Below are positions 50,526-64,000 of a stretch of 64,000 nucleotides of DNA, in pieces. A model generated the notes under the pieces. It was not told the origin of the DNA. It searched no databases and saw only the letters and a list, made by a program, of their open reading frames with translations. The stretch lies in the NCBI GenBank assembly GCA_040954595.2, contig CM082595.2:7420217-7484216 (forward strand). Direction: 5' to 3'. Every line of letters begins with the position of its first letter. Position 1 is the stretch's first letter. The translations under genes were made by a program, and so were the position numbers. This DNA comes from Balanoglossus misakiensis. Its lineage: Eukaryota > Animalia > Hemichordata.

Positions 50526-53500
50526 GCTGAAAGCTTACTTCCTGAGACTGTTTGGGCCAATGACGGGTAAGACCGCTTATGAAGTGGTGACCTAAGACAG
50601 GCGACAGTCAGGCTTCACTTACAAAAAGTGGAAAATATAATAGCTACATTGGTAGGCTGAAAGCTTACTTCCTGAGACTGTTTGGGCCAATGACGGGTAA
50701 GACCGCTTATGAAGTGGTGACCTAAGACAGGCGACAGTCAGGCTTCACTTACAAAAAGTGGAAAATATAATAGCTACATTGGTAGGCTGAAAGCTTACTT
50801 CCTGAGACTGTTTGGGCCAATGACGGGTAAGACCACTTATGAAGTGGTGACCTAAGACAGGCGACAGTCAGGCTTCACTTACAAAAAGTGGAAAATATAA
50901 TAGCTACATTGGTAGGCTGAAAGCTTACTTCCTGAGACTATTTGGGCCAATGACGGGTAAGACCGCTTATGAAGTGGTGACCTAAGACAGGCGACAGTCA
51001 GGCTTCACTTACAAAAAGTGGAAAATATAATAGCTACATTGGTAGGCTGAAAGCTTACTTCCTGAGACTGTTTGGGCCAATGACGGGTAAGACCGCTTAT
51101 GAAGTGGTGACCTAAGACAGGCGACAGTCAGGCTTCACTTACAAAATGTGGAAAATATAATAGCTACATTGGTAGGCTGAAAGCTTACTTCCTGAGACTG
51201 TTTGGGCCAATGACGGGTAAGACCGCTTATGAAGTGGTGACCTAAGACAGGCGACAGTCAGGCTTCACTTACAAAAAGTGGAAAATATAATAGCTACATT
51301 GGTAGGCTGAAAGCTTACTTCCTGAGACTGTTTGGGCCAATGACGGGTAAGACCGCTTATGAAGTGGTGACCTAAGACAGGCGACAGTCAGGCTTCACTT
51401 ACAAAAAGTGGAAAATATAATAGCTACATTGGTAGGCTGAAAGCTTACTTCCTGAGACTGTTTGGGCCAATGACGGGTAAGACCACTTATGAAGTGGTGA
51501 CCTAAGACAGGCGACAGTCAGGCTTCACTTACAAAAAGTGGAAAATATAATAGCTACATTGGTAGGCTGAAAGCTTACTTCCTGAGACTATTTGGGCCAA
51601 TGACGGGTAAGACCGCTTATGAAGTGGTGACCTAAGACAGGCGACAGTCAGGCTTCACTTACAAAAAGTGGAAAATATAATAGCTACATTGGTAGGCTGA
51701 AAGCTTACTTCCTGAGACTGTTTGGGCCAATGACGGGTAAGACCGCTTATGAAGTGGTGACCTAAGACAGGCGACAGTCAGGCTTCACTTACAAAATGTG
51801 GAAAATATAATAGCTACATTGGTAGGCTGAAAGCTTACTTCCTGAGACTGTTTGGGCCAATGACGGGTAAGACCGCTTATGAAGTGGTGACCTAAGACAG
51901 GCGACAGTCAGGCTTCACTTACAAAAAGTGGAAAATATAATAGCTACATTGGTAGGCTGAAAGCTTACTTCCTGAGACTGTTTGGGCCAATGACGGGTAA
52001 GACCGCTTATGAAGTGGTGACCTAAGACAGGCGACAGTCAGGCTTCACTTACAAAAAGTGGAAAATATAATAGCTACCATTGGTAGGCTGAAAGCTTACT
52101 TCCTGAGACTGTTTGGGCCAATGACGGGTAAGACCGCTTATGAAGTGGTGACCTAAGACAGGCGACAGTCAGGCTTCACTTACAAAAAGTGGAAAATATA
52201 ATAGCTACCATTGGTAGGCTGAAAGCTTACTTCCTGAGACTGTTTGGGCCAATGACGGGTAAGACCGCTTATGAAGTGGTGACCTAAGACAGGCGACAGT
52301 CAGGCTTCACTTACAAAAAGTGGAAAATATAATAGCTACCATTGGTAGGCTGAAAGCTTACTTCCTGAGACTGTTTGGGCCAATGACGGGTAAGACCGCT
52401 TATGAAGTGGTGACCTAAGACAGGCGACAGTCGGGCTTCACTTACAAAAAGTGGAAAATATAATAGCTACATTGGTAGGCTGAAAGCTTACTTCCTGAGA
52501 CTGTTTGGGCCAATGACAGGTAAGACCGCTTATGAAGTGGTGACCTAAGACAGGCGACAGTCAGGCTTCACTTACAAAAAGTGGAAAATATAATAGCTAC
52601 ATTGGTCGGCTGAAAGCTTACTTCTTGAGACTGTTTGGGCCAATGACGGGTAAGACCGCTTATGAAGTGGTGACCTAAGACAGGCGACAGTCAGGCTTCA
52701 CTTACAAAAAGTGGAAAATATAATAGCTACCATTGGTAGGCTGAAAGCTTACTTCCTGAGACTGTTTGGGCCAATGACGGTTAAGACCGCTTATGAAGTG
52801 GTGACCTAAGACAGGCGACAGTCAGGCTTCACTTACAAAAAGTGGAAAATATAATAGCTACATTGGTAGGCTGAAAGCTTACTTCCTGAGACTGTTTGGG
52901 CCAATGACGGGTAAGACCGCTTATGAAGTGGTGACCTAAGACAGGCGACAGTCAGGCTTCACTTACAAAAAGTGGAAAATATAATAGCTACCATTGGTAG
53001 GCTAAAAGCTTACTTCCTGAGACTGTTTGGGCCAATGACGGGTAAGACCGCTTATGAAGTGGTGACCTAAGACAGGCGACAGTCAGGCTTCACTTACAAA
53101 AAGTGGAAAATATAATAGCTACCATTGGTAGGCTGAAAGCTTACTTCCTGAGACTGTTTGGGCCAATGACGGGTAAGACCGCTTTTGAAGTGGTGACCTA
53201 AGACAGGCGACAATCAGGCTTCACTTACAAAAAGTGGAAAATATAATAGCTACCATTGGTAGGCTGAAAGCTTACTTCCTGAGACTGTTTGGGCCAATGA
53301 CGGGTAAGACCGCTTATGAAGTGGTGACCTAAGACAGGCGACAGTCGGGCTTCACTTACAAAAAGTGGAAAATATAATAGCTACCATTGGTAGGCTGAAA
53401 GCTTACTTCCTGAGACTGTTTGGGCCAATGACGGGTAAGACCGCTTATGAAGTGGTGACCTAAGACAGGCAACAGTCAGGCTTCACTTACAAAAAGTGGA

Positions 53501-56500
53501 AAATATAATAGCTACCATTGGTAGGCTGAAAGCTTACTTCCTGAGACTGTTTGGGCCAATGACGGGTAAGACCGCTTATGAAGTGGTGACCTAAGACAGG
53601 CGACAGTCAGGCTTCACTTACAAAAAGTGGAAAATATAATAGCTACCATTGGTAGGCTGAAAGCTTACTTCCTGAGACTGTTTGGGCCAATGACGAGTAA
53701 GACCGCTTATGAAGTGGTGACCTAAGACAGGCGACAGTCAGGCTTCACTTACAAAAAGTGGAAAATATAATAGCTACATTGGTAGGCTGAAAGCTTACTT
53801 CCTGAGACTGTTTGGGCCAATGACGGGTAAGACCGCTTATGAAGTGGTGACCTAAGACAGGCGACAGTCAGGCTTCACTTACAAAAAGTGGAAAATATAA
53901 TAGCTACATTGGTAGGCTGAAAGCTTACTTCCTGAGACTGTTTGGGCCAATGACGGGTAAGACCGCTTATGAAGTGGTGACCTAAGACAGGCGACAGTCA
54001 GGCTTCACTTACAAAAAGTGGAAAATATAATAGCTACCATTGGTAGGCTGAAAGCTTACTTCCTGAGACTGTTTGGGCCAATGACGGGTAAGACCGCTTA
54101 TGAAGTGGTGACCTAAGACAGGCGACAGTCAGGCTTCACTTACAAAAAGTGGAAAATATAATAGCTACCATTGGTAGGCTGAAAGCTTACTTCCTGAGAC
54201 TGTTTGGGCCAATGACGGGTAAGACCGCTTTTGAAGTGGTGACCTAAGACAGGCGACAATCAGGCTTCACTTACAAAAAGTGGAAAATATAATAGCTACC
54301 ATTGGTAGGCTGAAAGCTTACTTCCTGAGACTGTTTGGGCCAATGACGGGTAAGACCGCTTATGAAGTGGTGACCTAAGACAGGCGACAGTCAGGCTTCA
54401 CTTACAAAAAGTGGAAAATATAATAGCTACCATTGGTAGGCTGAAAGCTTACTTCCTGAGACTGTTTGGGCCAATGACGGGTAAGACCGCTTATGAAGTG
54501 GTGACCTAAGACAGGCAACAGTCAGGCTTCACTTACAAAAAGTGGAAAATATAATAGCTACCATTGGTAGGCTGAAAGCTTACTTCCTGAGACTGTTTGG
54601 GCCGATGACGGGTAAGACCGCTTATGAAGTGGTGACCTAAGACAGGCGACAGTCAGGCTTCACTTACAAAAAGTGGAAAATATAATAGCTACCATTGGTA
54701 GGCTGAAAGCTTACTTCCTGAGACTGTTTGGGCTCATGACGAGTAAGACCGCTTATGAAGTGGTGACCTAAGACAGGCGACAGTCAGGCTTCACTTACAA
54801 AAAGTGGAAAATATAATAGCTACATTGGTAGGCTGAAAGCTTACTTCCTGAGACTGTTTGGGCCAATGACGGGTAAGACCGCTTATGAAGTGGTGACCTA
54901 AGACAGGCGACAGTCAGGCTTCACTTACAAAAAGTGGAAAATATAATAGCTACATTGGTAGGCTGAAAGCTTACTTCCTGAGACTGTTTGGGCCAATGAC
55001 GGGTAAGACCGCTTATGAAGTGGTGACCTAAGACAGGCGACAGTCAGGCTTCACTTACAAAAAGTGGAAAATATAATAGCTACATTGGTAGGCTGAAAGC
55101 TTACTTCCTGAGACTGTTTGGGCCAATGACAGGTAAGACCGCTTATGAAGTGGTGACCTAAGACAGGCGACAGTCAGGCTTCACTTACAAAAAGTGGAAA
55201 ATATAATAGCTACATTGGTAGGCTGAAAGCTTACTTCCTGAGACTGGGCCAATGACGGGTAAGACCGCTTATGAAGTGGTGACCTAAGACAGGCGACAGT
55301 CAGGCTTCACTTACAAAAAGTGGAAAATATAATAGCTACATTGGTAGGCTGAAAGCTTACTTCCTGAGACTGTTTGGGCCAATGACGGGTAAGACCGCTT
55401 ATGAAGTGGTGACCTAAGACAGGCGACAGTCAGGCTTCACTTACAAAAAGTGGAAAATATAATAGCTACATTGGTAGGCTGAAAGCTTACTTCCTGAGAC
55501 TGTTTGGGCCAATGACGGGTAAGACCGCTTATGAAGTGGTGACCTAAGACAGGCGACAGTCAGGCTTCACTTACAAAAAGTGGAAAATATAATAGCTACA
55601 TTGGTAGGCTGAAAGCTTACTTCCTGAGACTGTTTGGGCCAATGACGGGTAAGACCGCTTATGAAGTGGTGACCTAAGACAGGCGACAGTCAGGCTTCAC
55701 TTACAAAAAGTGGAAAATATAATAGCTACATTGGCAGGCTGAAAGCTTACTTCCTCAGACTGTTTGGGCCAATGACGGGTAAGACCGCTTATGAAGTGGT
55801 GACCTAAGACAGGCGACAGTCAGGCTTCACTTACAAAAAGTGGAAAATATAATAGCTACATTGGCAGGCTGAAAGCTTACTTCCTGAGACTGTTTGGGCC
55901 AATGACGGGTAAGACCGCTTATGAAGTGGTGACCTAAGACAGGCGACAGTCAGGCTTCACTTACAAAAAGTGGAAAATATAATAGCTACATTGGTAGGCT
56001 GAAAGCTTACTTCCTCAGACTGTTTGGGCCAATGACGGGTAAGACCGCTTATGAAGTGGTGACCTAAGACAGGCGACAGTCAGGCTTCACTTACAAAAAG
56101 TGGAAAATATAATAGCTACCATTGGTAGGCTGAAAGCTTACTTCCTGAGACTGTTTGGGCCAATGACGGGTAAGACCGCTTATGAAGTGGTGACCTAAGA
56201 CAGGCGACAGTCAGGCTTCACTTACAAAAAGTGGAAAATATAATAGCTATCATTGGTAGGCTGAAAGCTTACTTCCTGAGACTGTTTGGGCCAATGACGG
56301 GTAAGACCGCTTATGAAGTGGTGACCTAAGACAGGCGACAGTCAGGCTTCACTTACAAAAAGTGGAAAATATAATAGCTACATTGGTAGGCTGAAAGCTT
56401 ACTTCCTAAGACTGTTTGGGCCAATGACGGGTAAGACCGCTTATGAAGTGGTGACCTAAGACAGGCGACAGTCAGGCTTCACTTACAAAAAGTGGAAAAT

Positions 56501-59500
56501 ATAATAGCTACATTGGTAGGCTGAAAGCTTACTTCCTGAGACTGTTTGGGCCAATGACGGGTAAGACCGCTTATGAAGTGGTGACCTAAGACAGGCGACA
56601 GTCAGGCTTCACTTACAAAAAGTGGAAAATATAATAGCTACATTGGTAGGCTGAAAGCTTACTTCCTGAGACTGTTTGGGCCAATGACGGGTAAGACCGC
56701 TTATGAAGTGGTGACCTAAGACAGGCGACAGTCAGGCTTCACTTACAAAAAGTGGAAAATATAATAGCTACATTGGTAGGCTGAAAGCTTACTTCCTGAG
56801 ACTGTTTGGGCCAATGACGGGTAAGACCGCTTATGAAGTGGTGACCTAAGACAGGCGACAGTCAGGCTTCACTTACAAAAAGTGGAAATATAATAGCTAC
56901 CATTGGTAGGCTGAAAGCTTACTTCCTGAGACTGTTTGGGCCAATGACGGGTAAGACCGCTTATGAAGTGGTGACCTAAGACAGGCGACAGTCAGGCTTC
57001 ACTTACAAAAAGTGGAAAATATAATAGCTACCATTGGTAGGCTGAAAGCTTACTTCCTGAGACTGTTTGGGCCAATGACGGGTAAGACCGCTGATGAAGT
57101 GGTGACCTAAGACAGGCGACAGTCAGGCTTCACTTACAAAAAGTGGAAAATATAATAGCTACCATTGGTAGGCTGAAAGCTTACTTCCTGAGACTGTTTG
57201 GGCCAATGACGGGTAAGACCGCTTATGAAGTGGTGACCTAAGACAGGCGACAGTCAGGCTTCACTTACAAAAAGTGGAAAATATAATAGCTACCATTGGT
57301 AGGCTGAAAGCTTACTTCCTGAGACTGTTTGGGCCAATGACGGGTAAGACCGCTTATGAAGTGGTGACCTAAGACAGGCGACAGTCAGGCTTCACTTACA
57401 AAAAGTGGAAAATATAATAGCTACCATTGGTAGGCTGAAAGCTTACTTCCTGAGACTGTTTGGGCCAATGACGGGTAAGACCGCTTATGAAGTGGTGACC
57501 TAAGACAGGCGACAGTCAGGCTTCACTTACAAAAAGTGGAAAATATAATAGCTACATTGGTAGGCTGAAAGCTTACTTCCTGAGACTGTTTGGGCCAATG
57601 ACGGGTAAGACCGCTTATGAAGTGGTGACCTAAGACAGGCGACAGTCAGGCTTCACTTACAAAAAGTGGAAAATATAATAGCTACCATTGGTAGGCTGAA
57701 AGCTTACTTCCTGAGACTGTTTGGGCCAATGACGGGTAAGACCGCTTATGAAGTGGTGACCTAAGACAGGCGACAGTCAGGCTTCACTTACAAAAAGTGG
57801 AAAATATAATAGCTACCATTGGTAGGCTGAAAGCTTACTTCCTGAGACTGTTTGGGCCAATGACGGGTAAGACCGCTTATGAAGTGGTGACCTAAGACAG
57901 GCGACAGTCAGGCTTCACTTACAAAAAGTGGAAAATATAATAGCTACCATTGGTAGGCTGAAAGCTTACTTCCTGAGACTGTTTGGGCCAATGACGGGTA
58001 AGACCGCTTATGAAGTGGTGACCTAAGACAGGCGACAGTCAGGCTTCACTTACAAAAAGTGGAAAATATAATAGCTACATTGGTAGGCTGAAAGCTTACT
58101 TCCTCAGACTGTTTGGGCCAATGACGGGTAAGACCGCTTATGAAGTGGTGACCTAAGACAGGCGACAGTCAGGCTTCACTTACAAAAAGTGGAAAATATA
58201 ATAGCTACATTGGTAGGCTGAAAGCTTACTTCCTCAGACTGTTTGGGCCAATGACGGGTAAGACCGCTTATGAAGTGGTGACCTAAGACAGGCGACAGTC
58301 AGGCTTCACTTACAAAAAGTGGAAAATATAATAGCTACCATTGGTAGGCTGAAAGCTTACTTCCTGAGACTGTTTGGGCCAATGACGGGTAAGACCGCTT
58401 ATGAAGTGGTGACCTAAGACAGGCGACAGTCAGGCTTCACTTACAAAAAGTGGAAAATATAATAGCTACCATTGGTAGGCTGAAAGCTTACTTCCTGAGA
58501 CTGTTTGGGCCAATGACGGGTAAGACCGCTTATGAAGTGGTGACCTAAGACAGGCGACAGTCAGGCTTCACTTACAAAAAGTGGAAAATATAATAGCTAC
58601 ATTGGTAGGCTGAAAGCTTACTTCCTGAGACTGTTTGGGCCAATGACGGGTAAGACCGCTTATGAAGTGGTGACCTAAGACAGGCGACAGTCAGGCTTCA
58701 CTTACAAAAAGTGGAAAATATAATAGCTACATTGGTAGGCTGAAAGCTTACTTCCTGAGACTGTTTGGGCCAATGACGGGTAAGACCGCTTATGAAGTGG
58801 TGACCTAAGACAGGCGACAGTCAGGCTTCACTTACAAAAAGTGGAAAATATAATAGCTACATTGGTAGGCTGAAAGCTTACTTCCTGAGACTGTTTGGGC
58901 CAATGACGGGTAAGACCGCTTATGAAGTGGTGACCTAAGACAGGCGACAGTCAGGCTTCACTTACAAAAAGTGGAAAATATAATAGCTACATTGGTAGGC
59001 TGAAAGCTTACTTCCTGAGACTGTTTGGGCCAATGACGGGTAAGACCGCTTATGAAGTGGTGACCTAAGACAGGCGACAGTCAGGCTTCACTTACAAAAA
59101 GTGGAAAATATAATAGCTACATTGGTAGGCTGAAAGCTTACTTCCTGAGACTGTTTGGGCCAATGACGGGTAAGACCGCTTATGAAGTGGTGACCTAAGA
59201 CAGGCGACAGTCAGGCTTCACTTACAAAAAGTGGAAAATATAATAGCTACCATTGGTAGGCTGAAAGCTTACTTCCTGAGACTGTTTGGGCCAATGACGG
59301 GTAAGACCGCTTATGAAGTGGTGACCTAAGACAGGCGACAGTCAGGCTTCACTTACAAAAAGTGGAAAATATAATAGCTACCATTGGTAGGCTGAAAGCT
59401 TACTTCCTGAGACTGTTTGGGCCAATGACGGGTAAGACCGCTTATGAAGTGGTGACCTAAGACAGGCGACAGTCAGGCTTCACTTACAAAAAGTGGAAAA

Positions 59501-62500
59501 TATAATAGCTACCATTGGTAGGCTGAAAGCTTACTTCCTGAGACTGTTTGGGCCAATGACGGGTAAGACCGCTTATGAAGTGGTGACCTAAGACAGGCGA
59601 CAGTCAGGCTTCACTTACAAAAAGTGGAAAATATAATAGCTACCATTGGTAGGCTGAAAGCTTACTTCCTGAGACTGTTTGGGCCAATGACGGGTAAGAC
59701 CGCTTATGAAGTGGTGACCTAAGACAGGCGACAGTCAGGCTTCACTTACAAAAAGTGGAAAATATAATAGCTACCATTGGTAGGCTGAAAGCTTACTTCC
59801 TGAGACTGTTTGGGCCAATGACGGGTAAGACCGCTTATGAAGTGGTGACCTAAGACAGGCGACAGTCAGGCTTCACTTACAAAAAGTGGAAAATATAATA
59901 GCTACATTGGTAGGCTGAAAGCTTACTTCCTGAGACTGTTTGGGCCAATGACGGGTAAGACCGCTTATGAAGTGGTGACCTAAGACAGGCGACAGTCAGG
60001 CTTCACTTACAAAAAGTGGAAAATATAATAGCTACCATTGGTAGGCTGAAAGCTTACTTCCTGAGACTGTTTGGGCCAATGACGGGTAAGACCGCTTATG
60101 AAGTGGTGACCTAAGACAGGCGACAGTCAGGCTTCACTTACAAAAAGTGGAAAATATAATAGCTACCATTGTTAGGCTGAAAGCTTACTTCCTGAGACTG
60201 TTTGGGCCAATGACGGGTAAGACCGCTTATGAAGTGGTGACCTAAGACAGGCGACAGTCAGGCTTCACTTACAAAAAGTGGAAAATATAATAGCTACATT
60301 GGTAGGCTGAAAGCTTACTTCCTGAGACTGTTTGGGCCAATGACGGGTAAGACCGCTTATGAAGTGGTGACCTAAGACAGGCGACAGTCAGGCTTCACTT
60401 ACAAAAAGTGGAAAATATAATAGCTACATTGGTAGGCTGAAAGCTTACTTCCTGAGACTGTTTGGGCCAATGACGGGTAAGACCGCTTATGAAGTGGTGA
60501 CCTAAGACAGGCGACAGTCAGGCTTCACTTACAAAAAGTGGAAAATATAATAGCTACCATTGGTAGGCTGAAAGCTTACTTCCTGAGACTGTTTGGGCCA
60601 ATGACGGGTAAGACCGCTTATGAAGTGGTGACCTAAGACAGGCGACAGTCAGGCTTCACTTACAAAAAGTGGAAAATATAATAGCTACCATTGGTAGGCT
60701 GAAAGCTTACTTCCTGAGACTGTTTGGGCCAATGACGGGTAAGACCGCTTATGAAGTGGTGACCTAAGACAGGCGACAGTCAGGCTTCACTTACAAAAAG
60801 TGGAAAATATAATAGCTACCATTGGTAGGCTGAAAGCTTACTTCCTGAGACTGTTTGGGCCAATGACGGGTAAGACCGCTTATGAAGTGGTGACCTAAGA
60901 CAGGCGACAGTCAGGCTTCACTTACAAAAAGTGGAAAATATAATAGCTACCATTGGTAGGCTGAAAGCTTACTTCCTGAGACTGTTTGGGCCAATGACGG
61001 GTAAGACCGCTTATGAAGTGGTGACCTAAGACAGGCGACAGTCAGGCTTCACTTACAAAAAGTGGAAAATATAATAGCTACCATTGGTAGGCTGAAAGCT
61101 TACTTCCTGAGACTGTTTGGGCCAATGACGGGTAAGACCGCTTATGAAGTGGTGACCTAAGACAGGCGACAGTCAGGCTTCACTTACAAAAAGTGGAAAA
61201 TATAATAGCTACCATTGGTAGGCTGAAAGCTTACTTCCTGAGACTGTTTGGGCCAATGACGGGTAAGACCGCTTATGAAGTGGTGACCTAAGACAGGCGA
61301 CAGTCAGGCTTCACTTACAAAAAGTGAAAATATAAGGTAGCTACATTGGTAGGCTGAAAGCTTACTTCCTGAGACTGTTTGGGCCAATGACGGGTAAGAC
61401 CGCTTATGAAGTGGTGACCTAAGACAGGCGACAGTCAGGCTTCACTTACAAAAAGTGGAAAATATAATAGCTACCATTGGTAGGCTGAAAGCTTACTTCC
61501 TGAGACTGTTTGGGCCAATGACGGGTAAGACCGCTTATGAAGTGGTGACCTAAGACAGGCGACAGTCAGGCTTCACTTACAAAAAGTGGAAAATATAATA
61601 GCTACCATTGGTAGGCTGAAAGCTTACTTCCTGAGACTGTTTGGGCCAATGACGGGTAAGACCGCTTATGAAGTGGTGACCTAAGACAGGCGACAGTCAG
61701 GCTTCACTTACAAAAAGTGGAAAATATAATAGCTACCATTGGTAGGCTGAAAGCTTACTTCCTGAGACTGTTTGGGCCAATGACGGGTAAGACCGCTTAT
61801 GAAGTGGTGACCTAAGACAGGCGACAGTCAGGCTTCACTTACAAAAAGTGGAAAATATAATAGCTACCATTGGTAGGCTGAAAGCTTACTTCCTGAGACT
61901 GTTTGGGCCAATGACGGGTAAGACCGCTTATGAAGTGGTGACCTAAGACAGGCGACAGTCAGGCTTCACTTACAAAAAGTGGAAAATATAATAGCTACAT
62001 TGGTAGGCTGAAAGCTTACTTCCTGAGACTGTTTGGGCCAATGACGGGTAAGACCGCTTATGAAGTGGTGACCTAAGACAGGCGACAGTCAGGCTTCACT
62101 TACAAAAAGTGGAAAATATAAGGTAGCTACATTGGTAGGCTGAAAGCTTACTTCCTGAGACTGTTTGGGCCAATGACGGGTAAGACCGCTTATGAAGTGG
62201 TGACCTAAGACAGGCGACAGTCAGGCTTCACTTACAAAAAGTGGAAAATATAATAGCTACATTGGTAGGCTGAAAGCTTACTTCCTGAGACTGTTTGGGC
62301 CAATGACGGGTAAGACCGCTTATGAAGTGGTGACCTAAGACAGGCGACAGTCAGGCTTCACTTACAAAAAGTGGAAAATATAATAGCTACATTGGTAGGC
62401 TGAAAGCTTACTTCCTGAGACTGTTTGGGCCAATGACGGGTAAGACCGCTTATGAAGTGGTGACCTAAGACAGGCGACAGTCAGGCTTCACTTACAAAAG

Positions 62501-64000
62501 TGGAAAATATAATAGCTACCATTGGTAGGCTGAAAGCTTACTTCCTGAGACTGTTTGGGCCAATGACGGGTAAGACCGCTTATGAAGTGGTGACCTAAGA
62601 CAGGCGACAGTCAGGCTTCACTTACAAAAAGTGGAAAATATAATAGCTACCATTGGTAGGCTGAAAGCTTACTTCCTGAGACTGTTTGGGCCAATGACGG
62701 GTAAGACCGCTTATGAAGTGGTGACCTAAGACAGGCGACAGTCAGGCTTCACTTACAAAAAGTGGAAAATATAATAGCTACCATTGGTAGGCTGAAAGCT
62801 TACTTCCTGAGACTGTTTGGGCCAATGACGGGTAAGACCGCTTATGAAGTGGTGACCTAAGACAGGCGACAGTCAGGCTTCACTTACAAAAAGTGGAAAA
62901 TATAATAGCTACCATTGGTAGGCTGAAAGCTTACTTCCTGAGACTGTTTGGGCCAATGACGGGTAAGACCGCTTATGAAGTGGTGACCTAAGACAGGCGA
63001 CAGTCAGGCTTCACTTACAAAAGTGGAAAATATAATAGCTACATTGGTAGGCTGAAAGCTTACTTCCTGAGACTGTTTGGGCCAATGACGGGTAAGACCG
63101 CTTATGAAGTGGTGACCTAAGACAGGCGACAGTCAGGCTTCACTTACAAAAAGTGGAAAATATAATAGCTACATTGGTAGGCTGAAAGCTTACTTCCTGA
63201 GACTGTTTGGGCCAATGACGGGTAAGACCGCTTATGAAGTGGTGACCTAAGACAGGCGACAGTCAGGCTTCACTTACAAAAAGTGGAAAATATAATAGCT
63301 ACCATTGGTAGGCTGAAAGCTTACTTCCTGAGACTGTTTGGGCCAATGACGGGTAAAGACCGCTTATGAAGTGGTGACCTAAGACAGGCGACAGTCAGGC
63401 TTCACTTACAAAAAGTGGAAAATATAATAGCTACCATTGGTAGGCTGAAAGCTTACTTCCTGAGACTGTTTGGGCCAATGACGGGTAAGACCGCTTATGA
63501 AGTGGTGACCTAAGACAGGCGACAGTCAGGCTTCACTTACAAAAAGTGGAAAATATAATAGCTACCATTGGTAGGCTGAAAGCTTACTTCCTGAGACTGT
63601 TTGGGCCAATGACGGGTAAGACCGCTTATGAAGTGGTGACCTAAGACAGGCGACAGTCAGGCTTCACTTACAAAAAGTGGAAAATATAAGGGTAAGCTAC
63701 CATTGGTAGGCTGAAAGCTTACTTCCTGAGACTGTTTGGGCCAATGACGGGTAAGACCGCTTATGAAGTGGTGACCTAAGACAGGCGACAGTCAGGCTTC
63801 ACTTACAAAAAGTGGAAAATATAATAGCTACATTGGTAGGCTGAAAGCTTACTTCCTGAGACTGTTTGGGCCAATGACGGGTAAGACCGCTTATGAAGTG
63901 GTGACCTAAGACAGGCGGACAGTCAGGCTTCACTTACAAAAAGTGGAAAAATATAAGGTGCTACATTGGTAGGCTGAACGCATACTTCCTGAGACTGTTT
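50526..64000. repeat. Satellite DNA array, 130/131-bp monomer, about 103 copies, continues beyond the window
   Basis: Monomer GCTGAAAGCTTACTTCCTGAGACTGTTTGGGCC...TAGCTAC(C)ATTGGTAG starting at 50526, 50656, 50786 and so on. Near-identical copies, no spacers, one HindIII site per monomer. Confidence 0.98.

Noticed and set aside
50526-64000. CRISPR array, or tandem SL/5S/tRNA genes
   Set aside because: No unique spacers or cas genes, and the context is eukaryotic. No recognisable tRNA/5S fold or convincing Sm site.
63350-64000. Novel satellite variants near the window end
   Set aside because: Clustered single indels look like low-quality consensus sequence.

Overview
Eukaryotic, AT-rich invertebrate genomic DNA. 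Gene and repeat style suggests a marine deuterostome such as a hemichordate or echinoderm, which is inference only. The left half holds a minus-strand class A GPCR with an uninterrupted coding region (2626-3729) and a plus-strand arylsulfatase B-like gene with 17 coding exons (23469-35415, 522 aa as spliced by hand). Both sit among many non-autonomous transposons: two TTAA-flanked Kolobok-type MITEs, six Helentron-like (HINE-type) elements (four forming two nested pairs), long-hairpin elements and an intronic L2/CR1-group LINE. The right half grades into repeat-dominated DNA. First comes a ~1.8 kb tandem macro-repeat (about 4 units) carrying seven copies of a ~98 nt highly structured module and one Harbinger MITE. 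Next is an intron-containing ZNF862-like hAT transposase cut off by a LINE 3' end, then a second hAT-like terminus and a LINE ORF1-like relic. The last 13.5 kb is a homogeneous 130/131 bp satellite with 5-mer and 8-mer block duplications, running off the window end. Most short ORFs in the track are spurious.
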